Source: an uncultured Saprospiraceae bacterium (GTDB taxonomy: Bacteria; Bacteroidota; Bacteroidia; Chitinophagales; Saprospiraceae). From it: DNA of 57,471 bases. Below the pieces are notes generated by a model. It was given only the letters and a program-made list of their open reading frames with translations. It was not told the DNA's origin and made no database searches. Positions 39,139 to 48,727 of this stretch are shown piece by piece (position 1 is the first letter of the stretch; each line of letters opens with the position of its first letter). The translations under genes and the position numbers were made by a program. The stretch lies in the NCBI GenBank assembly GCA_937952155.1, contig CALFYH010000088.1:1-57471 (forward strand), given 5' to 3'.

Positions 39139-39579
39139 ATGAAATACTATTTGTTAATTTTTTTACTTCTTGGAAGCTTATTCCTAAGTGGTCAGGTATC
39201 AGATATTTCCATAGCTGAAAAAACGGCTTTTTCCAGAATTTTACTTGCAAATAAAACCAAAGCGATTAATACTGATTCTATGGTTAATAAAGCACTGCAT
39301 GATTCAGGTATGTCAGAAGAAAGATATGCTGAAATTCTAAAATCTGGATTTAATGGCGAAAAAATAGCTTTGACAGACAAAGATAGAATATCACTTTCTG
39401 CTATTCAACAGGTAAGTCAAGATATAAAAAGCCAAGAAACTTCAATCTTAACCGCTCTATGCCAAAAGGAAGGAATTTCATATAATCGGTATAATCAAAT
39501 CCTGAAAATATACAAAGGAGATATTTCCTTTCAACAATCGTTGTTGCCATTTATTAATCAAATCATTACTACAAAATGA
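39139..39579 (+). CDS. small secreted hypothetical protein
   Basis: 146 aa from the ATG at 39139, starting MKYYLLIFLLLGSLFLSGQ (signal peptide). The mature part is helical. Its stop overlaps the next ATG (ATGA). Confidence 0.6.
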   Translation: MKYYLLIFLLLGSLFLSGQVSDISIAEKTAFSRILLANKTKAINTDSMVNKALHDSGMSEERYAEILKSGFNGEKIALTDKDRISLSAIQQVSQDIKSQETSILTALCQKEGISYNRYNQILKIYKGDISFQQSLLPFINQIITTK

Positions 39580-41126
39580 AAAAAATATTCCTCTTGGTGT
39601 TTTGTTTTATGGCATACTTTGGTGTTTTTGCACAACCACCGATGAATAGATATGTGGCACCACTTTTTACATCAGTTTCAGAAACTACAAATGTCTTATT
39701 CAGTAGCAATGTACCTAGACCTAACCCAGGTGGTGGATTTTATGAAACCATAACCGGATATCCGTTAAATGTCGATGAATTCAGTCTAACAAATGTAAAC
39801 CTATACATGAATATATTTCAGCCAGTCGGTGATACTTTGAGTAAAAGACCCGTTGCGATCGTTTGTTTTGGCGGCGGATTTATAGCTGGAAGTAAAGATC
39901 ACTGGAGTATTCGACTTATTGCGCAAGAATTGGCCAAAAGAGGATTTGTAACAGCTGTTATTGATTATAGATTAGGAATGAATATTTTTGATGAGGATCT
40001 TTCGGTTCGCGCTGTATATCGTGGTGTACAAGATGGTAGATCAGCTGTAAGGTTTTTTAAGGCTGATGCTGCTGGGGCAAATACATATAGAATAGATCCT
40101 GAACAAATTTATATAGGCGGACACAGTGCTGGTGCATTTGTTGCTACACACAATGCTTATCTTGATAAAGAATCTGAGAGACCAGCTTCAACCCATCAAT
40201 GGACACAAGGATGTGGATTTTTAGATTTGTCCACTTGCAATTGTCCTGATCAGCAGTGTTTGGATTGTGTCGGAAACAACAAATCCTTCAATGGCCATGC
40301 CAAAGCAGTCTTTAGTTTAGCTGGTGCCGTAGGATTTACATCTTACATGGAATCGGCTTCTGATCCTAAGATTGTTATGTTTCATAGTCAAGATGATGAT
40401 ACAGTACCGTATAATTCTGGGCAACCATTCGGTAGTGTTTCTGGCTGGATAGTAGGATTCGATTTGCCAGATGTGTATGGTAGTCTGCCGATGTCTCAGC
40501 GTGCAGATGTCATCAATCTTCCGGATATGTTTCATTCATACACTAGTAGAGGTCATAGTGTACATGAGCAAACTTCTAGTACATTATACAGCGATATTAT
40601 TCCTGCTATTTCTGATTGGTTCAATGTACAATTGCTAAAACCACCAGTACATCCTATCAATGGAAAATCATACGTCTGCAACAGTTCACTTCAGCAAACC
40701 TATACTACCAATACTGGTCAAGCAGCATATTATCAATGGGAAATTACTGGAGGATCGTTTATCACACTAAACACAAATACTACATCTGTAACAGTGCTTT
40801 GGGACATCAATGCACCATCACACCAGATAAAGCTGACACCATATAGTAAATGGGACTCAAAAGGCGATCAAACTATACTAAATATTTCCGTATCTGAATC
40901 ATTCACCAATACTTGGACCAGCGCATCGGGACTCTGGAATCAAAACGAAAAATGGTCACTGTTGACTATACCTGAGTCTTGCCATCATGTGGTCATACCA
41001 AGTCAGCCATCAGTGATCAATGTAGATGTACCTGCAAATCAGACTTTTCAAATAAAGTCATTAAACATAGGCAATAATGCTAAGGTAATGATGCCAGAAT
41101 CATCTTCCATTTTGGTTGAAGAGTGA
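39576..41126 (+). CDS. secreted alpha/beta-hydrolase (carboxylesterase/lipase-like) with C-terminal beta-rich domain
   Basis: 516 aa with a signal peptide. It has the oxyanion region CFGGGFIAGS, the nucleophile elbow GGHSAGA and a late MFHSQDDDTVP (acid residue region). Confidence 0.8.
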   Translation: MKKIFLLVFCFMAYFGVFAQPPMNRYVAPLFTSVSETTNVLFSSNVPRPNPGGGFYETITGYPLNVDEFSLTNVNLYMNIFQPVGDTLSKRPVAIVCFGGGFIAGSKDHWSIRLIAQELAKRGFVTAVIDYRLGMNIFDEDLSVRAVYRGVQDGRSAVRFFKADAAGANTYRIDPEQIYIGGHSAGAFVATHNAYLDKESERPASTHQWTQGCGFLDLSTCNCPDQQCLDCVGNNKSFNGHAKAVFSLAGAVGFTSYMESASDPKIVMFHSQDDDTVPYNSGQPFGSVSGWIVGFDLPDVYGSLPMSQRADVINLPDMFHSYTSRGHSVHEQTSSTLYSDIIPAISDWFNVQLLKPPVHPINGKSYVCNSSLQQTYTTNTGQAAYYQWEITGGSFITLNTNTTSVTVLWDINAPSHQIKLTPYSKWDSKGDQTILNISVSESFTNTWTSASGLWNQNEKWSLLTIPESCHHVVIPSQPSVINVDVPANQTFQIKSLNIGNNAKVMMPESSSILVEE

Positions 41127-41341
41127 TAATTCTTGAAATAATTTTTGTGTTACAATCACAATTTAGGGTTGACTAATGTTGCGAATTACATATTCTATTT
41201 AAGATTGTAAATAAGATGTAATCCTTGCAATCTAGACCATTTCATTTTCGTTATAATTTTTAGATAACTTGTTGATTTAAATGCGGCAATATGCCTATTT
41301 TTACAGAGCTTTTAGTTTTTCTAAAATTTTAATAATTTCAG

Positions 41342-44300
41342 ATGATGAAATATCTTATTTATTGCGGACTTGTCTCAATATTCTTGGTCACTGCGTGTAG
41401 CAAAAACACTCAAAATAACATCCTAGATGCGGCAAAAGATCAGGCACTCTTGGACCAGTATTTTGCAGCGGCGACTGTAGGTGTCATTTCTACTTCCAGT
41501 GACCTGACTTACGTGCTGAAAGAACCATTATCATCTGATATTTCTGACGAAGATCTTCAAAAATTGATCACATTATCTCCTGATGTACCTGGAAAAGTTA
41601 GCATGAATAATAAGACCTTGTTGACTTTTTCACCTGAGACATCGCTGGCAGCCAATTCTGTTTATACGGTTAATATCGCGCTGAAATCATTAAATTCATC
41701 ACTTTACGACAAGGATATTTCTTACCAAATAAAAACTATAGAGCAAGATATGAAAGCCGAACCTGAAGGAATGGTGATCAATGATGACAATTCGGTTACT
41801 TTTTTGTTTGGTGTGAAAACTGCGGATCTAGCCGATTTGGAAAAACTTAAATCTTGTTTTGAAGGTGGATCAGCTACTGTAGATATTACGGAGAGAAAAC
41901 CCATGGATTATCTGCTGGAATTTACCTATCGTGACATCAAAAACAAACCAAAACAAATCAACTATAAAGGGACAAATATAGGAAGTGACACCAAAGGGCA
42001 ATTGTCATTATTCGATTTTAATGATCAAGATCTAAATATTGTTTTTTCATATTTCAAAATTGATGATAAAACTTATAATATCTATTTTTCACAAAAACTC
42101 AATAGAATGCAGGATCTGACGGGTTTGGTGATGGTGGATAAACAAAATGCATCTTACACAGTGAAGAATAACATACTTACGATATTTCTTAATGATATCT
42201 CAGATAAAAACACAGTAAAATTATATCTGGATAAGGGCATTACTTCGGCTGAAGGTAAAAGTTTGACTACAGATCAATATTTTGACATCAATATCCAAAC
42301 CCAAAGACCAGAAGTACAATTCGTCAGCGATGGCAACTATTTCCCTTCAGAAGGTGACTTTAAGATTCCAATCAAAACCCGTGGGCTCGAAAAAATCCGT
42401 CTTGTAGTTATCGAGGTAAAACAGGAAAATGTAGCACATTATCTGGCATGGCAATCCCTTGCTTATGCCGACTTTTACAATCTTCGTATGTATGGAAAAC
42501 CAGTTTACGACCAGATCGTCCCGCTCAACCAAGGCATAACCGATCATGAAGGCTGGACAGTACATGGTATTGATCTTACGGCACGTTTGCGCAAAAATCC
42601 TGGAAGTATCTATCACATCAGCATTGAATTTGCACCCGAATTCACAACCTTAAATTGTGCAAAATCATTTTCAAAATATAAAATCAGTAATAAAATTCCC
42701 AATGGCGACTATTTTACTGTGAAGGACTTTTATTATCAAGACTACTATGGGTATTATGAAGACTATAATTGGCAGGAAAATAACAATCCTTGTAAGCTTG
42801 CGTTCTATATCAATAGTCAGCCTGTTCAAAAATTATTTATTTGCTCAGATTATTCAGTTATAACCAAAAAAGCAGGTAGAAATTACCATATTGCTTTGAC
42901 GAAATTAATGGATTTGACCCAAGTCAGTGGTGCTGATGTTACGTTATATGATCTACAAGCCGAAAAAATGGCGACTAAACAAACATCATCTGATGGATTT
43001 GTCTCTTTCGAAAATATGAAAAGTGATGCATCTGTGATGAAAGTAGAAAAAGGCAACCAGATTACCTATCTCGCATTGGATCCTAATGAAAGCAATACAC
43101 TGACCGAATTTGATATCGCTGGCGAAAGAACAGAAACGGATACCGAATTTTTTATTTATACCGAACGTGATGTGTGGAGACCAGGAGATAGTATATATGT
43201 TGATTTGATGGTAAATAAAGCAGATGCAAGCCTTCCCGAAGGGCTACCTATTGTTATGACATTTTATAATACGGACAATATCATCGTAGATGAACAAGTC
43301 AGTAATATCGATCTCTCACGTCAACAGATTTATTGCTTCAAACTCCATACGCCAACTAATGCAAAGACGGGAAACTATCGGTGTATTTTCCAAATAGGCC
43401 CAAAATCCGTTCGCAAAAATATTCGTATAGAAACCATCAAGCCAAATACAACAGAAGCCATTTATAAATTTAAAGATTTAGTGGATAAAACGATTTACAG
43501 CGAAAATATTTCTGGAAGTGTACAAGTCAAGTATTTGACTGGATTTGAAATAGCAAACGCAAAGGTACATACGGTAGGAAAAGTGCGTAAAATCGCCCAG
43601 CCATTTGCTGAGTACAAAGATTATACTTTCGATGTACTAGATAATGATAATACAGACAACATTATAGAGATATTAAATGCAGAGACAAACGAAAAAGGAT
43701 TTGCCCAATTTACTGGAAATCAAAACTTGAAATCTTTTAATACGCCAATGAATGTATCGATAGAGACCGAAACAGTCATACCTGGTGGCGGCTCGGGCAA
43801 AGAAGGAAAATCGGTGGTCGTTTCCCCTTTTGAAACTTATCTCGGCGCAAAAAGAAAAGATGGCTCAGGATGGAGTACCAATTATACTTTTCAAGATAAT
43901 ATAGAAGTAGCTATAGTTAGTCTTAATCCTAAAGGCAAGCTAAATAGTCAAAATACCTCGGTTACGTACATTCTTCAGCAAAATATCGATACTTGGTGGG
44001 TAGATAAATACCGTCTTCGGTCAGCTGGAAATTTTGTAAATGCCGATTTTTGGAAAGATATCCCAAAAGCCAATGGCACCATCAACATAACAGGAAAAGG
44101 AAAAATAACATATCCAAAGGGAAAACTCGGAAAAGGTGCCTACAAACTGACTATGTTTGATGATAAGTCAGGGCACAAAACACAAGTGTACTTCACTGTT
44201 TATGATGGTAAAGAAAGCATTCCAGGATCACAGCCATATATTGTAGATTTTCAGACGGACAAGGATGAATATACTGTTGGTGAAAATGTGTCTGTCATGT

Positions 44301-46870
44301 TACCTAAGATAGATGGAGCCAAGGCATTGATCAGCTTGGAACGTGGCAACAAAGTACTGAAGCAATCTTGGCATACACTGAGTGCTTCTGCAAGCATTGT
44401 CAAAATTCCTTCCGATGAAAGTTGGACACCCAATGTGTATATACATGTAACCATCGTCCAGCCTTACAAAAATGAAAACAATGACCTTCCACTGCGAATG
44501 TATGGTATAAGACATATAAAAATGGCTGGTGGCACAAGCGACCTAAAACCAGTCACTAACATACCTGATCGTCTGGAATCTAATAAAACCTATACATTCA
44601 CTATCGGAGAAAATAGCGGAAAACCAATGGAATATACGCTTTCGTTTGTGGATGAAGGCCTACTCAATCTGACCGGTTTTGCCACACCAGATCCAGTCAA
44701 GCATTTTAGTGGTAAATATCCGCTTCTCGTCAAAACCTGGGATATTTACAAGTATCTTATTGCATTCTTCAAAGGAAAATTTGCCGGTATTATTACCATA
44801 GGAGGAGATGATGCATATAATCCAGATGCGCTGGCAGAAGTAAACAGATTTAAATCTTTTGTGAACCATCAAGGTCCGTTTAAACTCGCCAAAAACAGCA
44901 AAAATACACACACGATAACCATACCCAATTTTGTAGGCAAACTTCGATTGATGGTCGTCGCTTGTAATGAGCGTAATTTTGGTCATCTGGAGAAATACAT
45001 TCCTGTCAAAAACCCATTGATGGTACAGACACAATTTCCAAGAACACTTAACGTTACCGACAAATTTATGCTACCGGTGACTGTGTTTAGAGACGATGCA
45101 TCCATCAGTTCTGCTACATTAACTACCAAAGGCGATGCCAATATGATCAAAGGTATCGGGCAAAATTCTGTTTTGTCTTTTGATGGTAAGAACCAATTGT
45201 CACAAGCTTATAATCTGGAAGTACTCAACAAAACTGGAAAAGTAAACATCGAAACTTCCATAAAAAGTGGTGCTAAAGGCATGAGTGAATCAACAGAGAT
45301 TCTGATAAATTATCCTAATTCGTATGAAACCGCATTTGACAAAAGTATCGTTGATCCTGGGAAAAAATCAGAATACAATGTAAAAATAAAAGGCTATCCC
45401 GAAGTCTTCTCCTCGAAGTTTCTGATTTCTGGTATAAAAATTCCAAATTTCACACAGTATGCTGCTGATCTGATTGAATATCCTTACGGCTGCTTAGAAC
45501 AAACTACTTCGGCGGGTTTTTCTCAGTTGTATTTGGATAAAATAATTTCCCTTGATCCAGCACAAAACAAGGAACGTATAGAAAATTTGAGAATCACTTT
45601 GGACAAAATTGCCAGATTCCAACAATCCTCAGGCAAGTACAATTATTGGGATGGGAATTATTACCACTTTTGGTCAGATATCTATGCTGGAAACTTTCTC
45701 GTAGAAATGAAGAGACTTAACCAACTTCCCAAAAATAGTGAAATGCTCCAAAAGTGGATAAATGTCCATACGACCTCTGCTAATAACTGGGCTTTGGCTG
45801 AAGCATCCAGTGAATACGTGTATGAATCCGAAAGTATTGCTCAAGCGTTCAGATTATTTGTTTTGGCAAAAGGTGGATCTCCTGCAAAATCTGCTATGAA
45901 CAGGTTTGTCTCTAGCAATAAATCGAAAAATCCATTGACTTGGTGGCTCCTAGCTGGTAGTTTTCAGTTGAGTGGATACGAATCAAAAGCCAAAGAATTC
46001 ATGGCTAAAGCAGAACTTTTACAAGTAAATAATGATAACAGCCGAGATTATGACACATTCGGAGATGAAGGACGAGATCTGGCTATCATCGTCGAAGTCT
46101 TAAGTTACTTAAATGTAGATAAGTCAAAATCCGAAAAATATTATGACCAAATGGTAAATGTGCTCAATAAACAATCATGGGTTAGTACTCAAACCAAAGG
46201 ATTTGCCTTTATTGGTGCATACAAATATTTTGGAAAATCGCTTAATGTCACAAATAAAGTAGATTATACCATCACAGGTTTGTCAGGTGGAACAAAAACG
46301 TATAACCATTCGGCATTCGAACCCAAAGTTATTGTCATTGACAAATCATCAATGGGAAAAAATCTGGTAATCCAAAATAAAGGAAAAGGCCCGATTTACA
46401 TTTATAATACACAACGATACATCGATAACAATATTAATAAAACCAGCCAAGCAAATAATCTGAGTTTGAGAAGCGAATTTTATAACGCAACCCAAAAGCA
46501 ATCTGCCAACAAAGGAATAAAGTTAGGTGATGATATCATTGTCAGAATTTCTGTAAATAATCCATCATCATTGGAAGTCAGTAATCTTGCACTCAATCTT
46601 AAAATGCCTTCAGGTTGGGAACTAATTAATCCACGAATGTATGAGACATCAGTTTCGGATCCAAATGAGAATTTTACATATCAGGATTTCAAAGATGACA
46701 GAGTATATACTTTTTTTGATTTAAAAGCTGGTGGACTTCAGGTGTTTACCTTTAAAGCCAAGGCTGCTTTTATTGGAGATTTTTATATGCCTGCAGTCAC
46801 TTGCGAACACATGTATGACGGTAACATCTATGCTCGAACGGAAACAGGAAGGATAAAAATAGCCAAGTAG
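41342..46870 (+). CDS. bacterial alpha-2-macroglobulin family lipoprotein with intact thioester motif
   Basis: 1842 aa with the lipobox LVTAC. MG-domain repeats run throughout. The thioester motif YPYGCLEQTTS is encoded with CLEQ at 45491-45502 (residue 1384). Confidence 0.9.
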   Translation: MMKYLIYCGLVSIFLVTACSKNTQNNILDAAKDQALLDQYFAAATVGVISTSSDLTYVLKEPLSSDISDEDLQKLITLSPDVPGKVSMNNKTLLTFSPETSLAANSVYTVNIALKSLNSSLYDKDISYQIKTIEQDMKAEPEGMVINDDNSVTFLFGVKTADLADLEKLKSCFEGGSATVDITERKPMDYLLEFTYRDIKNKPKQINYKGTNIGSDTKGQLSLFDFNDQDLNIVFSYFKIDDKTYNIYFSQKLNRMQDLTGLVMVDKQNASYTVKNNILTIFLNDISDKNTVKLYLDKGITSAEGKSLTTDQYFDINIQTQRPEVQFVSDGNYFPSEGDFKIPIKTRGLEKIRLVVIEVKQENVAHYLAWQSLAYADFYNLRMYGKPVYDQIVPLNQGITDHEGWTVHGIDLTARLRKNPGSIYHISIEFAPEFTTLNCAKSFSKYKISNKIPNGDYFTVKDFYYQDYYGYYEDYNWQENNNPCKLAFYINSQPVQKLFICSDYSVITKKAGRNYHIALTKLMDLTQVSGADVTLYDLQAEKMATKQTSSDGFVSFENMKSDASVMKVEKGNQITYLALDPNESNTLTEFDIAGERTETDTEFFIYTERDVWRPGDSIYVDLMVNKADASLPEGLPIVMTFYNTDNIIVDEQVSNIDLSRQQIYCFKLHTPTNAKTGNYRCIFQIGPKSVRKNIRIETIKPNTTEAIYKFKDLVDKTIYSENISGSVQVKYLTGFEIANAKVHTVGKVRKIAQPFAEYKDYTFDVLDNDNTDNIIEILNAETNEKGFAQFTGNQNLKSFNTPMNVSIETETVIPGGGSGKEGKSVVVSPFETYLGAKRKDGSGWSTNYTFQDNIEVAIVSLNPKGKLNSQNTSVTYILQQNIDTWWVDKYRLRSAGNFVNADFWKDIPKANGTINITGKGKITYPKGKLGKGAYKLTMFDDKSGHKTQVYFTVYDGKESIPGSQPYIVDFQTDKDEYTVGENVSVMLPKIDGAKALISLERGNKVLKQSWHTLSASASIVKIPSDESWTPNVYIHVTIVQPYKNENNDLPLRMYGIRHIKMAGGTSDLKPVTNIPDRLESNKTYTFTIGENSGKPMEYTLSFVDEGLLNLTGFATPDPVKHFSGKYPLLVKTWDIYKYLIAFFKGKFAGIITIGGDDAYNPDALAEVNRFKSFVNHQGPFKLAKNSKNTHTITIPNFVGKLRLMVVACNERNFGHLEKYIPVKNPLMVQTQFPRTLNVTDKFMLPVTVFRDDASISSATLTTKGDANMIKGIGQNSVLSFDGKNQLSQAYNLEVLNKTGKVNIETSIKSGAKGMSESTEILINYPNSYETAFDKSIVDPGKKSEYNVKIKGYPEVFSSKFLISGIKIPNFTQYAADLIEYPYGCLEQTTSAGFSQLYLDKIISLDPAQNKERIENLRITLDKIARFQQSSGKYNYWDGNYYHFWSDIYAGNFLVEMKRLNQLPKNSEMLQKWINVHTTSANNWALAEASSEYVYESESIAQAFRLFVLAKGGSPAKSAMNRFVSSNKSKNPLTWWLLAGSFQLSGYESKAKEFMAKAELLQVNNDNSRDYDTFGDEGRDLAIIVEVLSYLNVDKSKSEKYYDQMVNVLNKQSWVSTQTKGFAFIGAYKYFGKSLNVTNKVDYTITGLSGGTKTYNHSAFEPKVIVIDKSSMGKNLVIQNKGKGPIYIYNTQRYIDNNINKTSQANNLSLRSEFYNATQKQSANKGIKLGDDIIVRISVNNPSSLEVSNLALNLKMPSGWELINPRMYETSVSDPNENFTYQDFKDDRVYTFFDLKAGGLQVFTFKAKAAFIGDFYMPAVTCEHMYDGNIYARTETGRIKIAK

Positions 46871-46874
46871 GTTA

Positions 46875-48557
46875 TTATCTGAAAAACTTAACACTGTGCA
46901 CACCTTGGTTTGTTTCGAAGGTAAAAATAAACAGCCCGGACAATTCAGGTAAATGAAGCACTTGCTCACCTGGTGTACTTTTGTCTGCATTAAATATGAT
47001 TCTTCCTGCTGTGTCTGATATCAAAATTTTACCTGTCAGATCTGATGTTACGGCAATTTCACCATTCTTTTGAGTGAAAAAGAACGGCAATGAGATTGCA
47101 TCTTCATTGTTACCTGTTTTACCTTCTATATTAAAGTCAGCAATCACTGGTAAATGGTCAGATGCTGAAGGTATATCTTCTCTCTGCAATCCAGCTGCTG
47201 TCAAATCTGCGTTGGACAAAGCTGGAGTCCAAAGTGCAAAACTATTTTGAAGTGACATTACTGATCCTGTATAAATAATATAATCTAAGCGACCAGCACT
47301 GTATTTACCAAAATCATTGTACCAAGTAAAAGTATAAGGCAGAGACGTAGTCAATGGTTTTGCCTCTTCAAGTTCAGTGTTATCCCAATCTGGTTCGAAG
47401 TCAGGGCCATATGTGGTATTATCACCGATATTTCCGGTAAGGAATGTCTCTTGCTGCGCCTTATATCCGACTAAATTCATATCGCCTACGATGACAATTG
47501 GCGAATTGACAGGTATCTGAAAAGTCGAAATTCCGTATTTTACAGACCGAATAAATGACATAATCTTATCTACCTCAGCTTGTCTGCCGCTTTCGTTATC
47601 ACAACATGGCAAATGCGCAACAATATACAAGAGTTGTTTAGTGCCAAGATTTATATGAAAAGCACCATTTCCGTCTATATTTCTAGTATTTACAATAGGG
47701 AATCGACTTACAACTCTGATATCAGGAACAGCTTCGGCATGATACCACTTTTGAGAATTACTAGAAGGCAAAAATGTCTCCATCAACGCTGCTGTCTGAG
47801 CACTTGAATTATCATAAATTTCACAAAAGCCTATGATATCTGGATTTATTGCCTTAAAAATTCGTTTATAATTCGATTGAAGTGTACCAGCAAACAAATT
47901 ATCTTTAAGCACATTGTACCCAGTGATGCGTACTTCATTACTTTTCTTAGAAAGTTTAAATGCTTGTGGTGTGAAGATTTTGGATTGATCCAATTCATAC
48001 AAATAACTTCCTGTATCAGGTGCTTTATCTCCACTGTTTGTCTCATCTGATATAATGATACGAATAGCCGCACCCATGTTTACTTTTAGATTGTTAAATC
48101 CAATAGATCTCGACAAACAAAATTCAAATCTTTCGCTCGTGACAGTCGGAGAAGTGATCAATCCTGCTTCATCGTGAAATACATCATAAGCATTGGTTTG
48201 AAGATATATTTTCCCAGCTTTATCTCCGAAAGTATAGCTAATATCTGCTCCTATTCCATTACGTTGTATGCCTGTTGACACTGAATTGTCCGCATCGATA
48301 AAAATAGTGATCTTGTTGCTTTCCTGAATATTTATCTCTTTTGATAAGTCAAGATAAACAAATAGGTTTTTGTCGTCATTGCTGAATTTTACATCGGTAA
48401 TGTCCACACCTGACGAGTTACCATCACCTGATTTGTCTTTGTAATTTATTGCTCCCGATTGCCAATCATTATAAGACTCATCAAGTATGATCTGTTGACA
48501 ACAAACATCCAAATTGGCAATCAAAAGAAGAAAAATAAAAATATGTTTCAAAATCAA
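46875..48557 (-). CDS. endonuclease/exonuclease/phosphatase (EEP) family protein with T9SS C-terminal sorting domain
   Basis: 560 aa. It has the EEP motifs IVGDMNLV and SDHLPVIADF, an N-terminal carbohydrate-binding-like beta domain, and the C-terminal tail LSGLFIFTFETNQGVHSVKFFR. The TTG start is forced: an in-frame TAA lies 2 codons upstream and there is no ATG. Confidence 0.8.
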   Translation of the reverse strand: MILKHIFIFLLLIANLDVCCQQIILDESYNDWQSGAINYKDKSGDGNSSGVDITDVKFSNDDKNLFVYLDLSKEINIQESNKITIFIDADNSVSTGIQRNGIGADISYTFGDKAGKIYLQTNAYDVFHDEAGLITSPTVTSERFEFCLSRSIGFNNLKVNMGAAIRIIISDETNSGDKAPDTGSYLYELDQSKIFTPQAFKLSKKSNEVRITGYNVLKDNLFAGTLQSNYKRIFKAINPDIIGFCEIYDNSSAQTAALMETFLPSSNSQKWYHAEAVPDIRVVSRFPIVNTRNIDGNGAFHINLGTKQLLYIVAHLPCCDNESGRQAEVDKIMSFIRSVKYGISTFQIPVNSPIVIVGDMNLVGYKAQQETFLTGNIGDNTTYGPDFEPDWDNTELEEAKPLTTSLPYTFTWYNDFGKYSAGRLDYIIYTGSVMSLQNSFALWTPALSNADLTAAGLQREDIPSASDHLPVIADFNIEGKTGNNEDAISLPFFFTQKNGEIAVTSDLTGKILISDTAGRIIFNADKSTPGEQVLHLPELSGLFIFTFETNQGVHSVKFFR

Positions 48558-48574
48558 TTTACTTTAAATTGGCA

Positions 48575-48582
48575 CAAAGATA
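48575..48582 (-). promoter_or_regulatory. candidate -7 promoter box (TAnnTTTG) for the EEP gene
   Basis: Plus strand reads CAAAGATA, which is TATCTTTG on the minus strand. It lies 17 nt upstream of the TTG at 48557. Confidence 0.5.
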
Positions 48583-48727
48583 TACACCATGCGTGACAAT
48601 TATAACTTTAGTTCACACAATGCGTTCTTTGCCAATTTATAATTTTTAATTACTCAATATTTACCAAATTCAAAATCTGATATTAACTTTAGTGTTTTAT
48701 TGACATTAATAATAATTTTATTTTGAT

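Noticed and set aside
41202-41233. Imperfect inverted repeat AGATTGTAA...TTGCAATCT upstream of the alpha-2-macroglobulin gene
   Set aside because: It is 9 bp with one mismatch, AT-rich, and has no T-run or associated motif. The evidence is insufficient for a terminator or operator.
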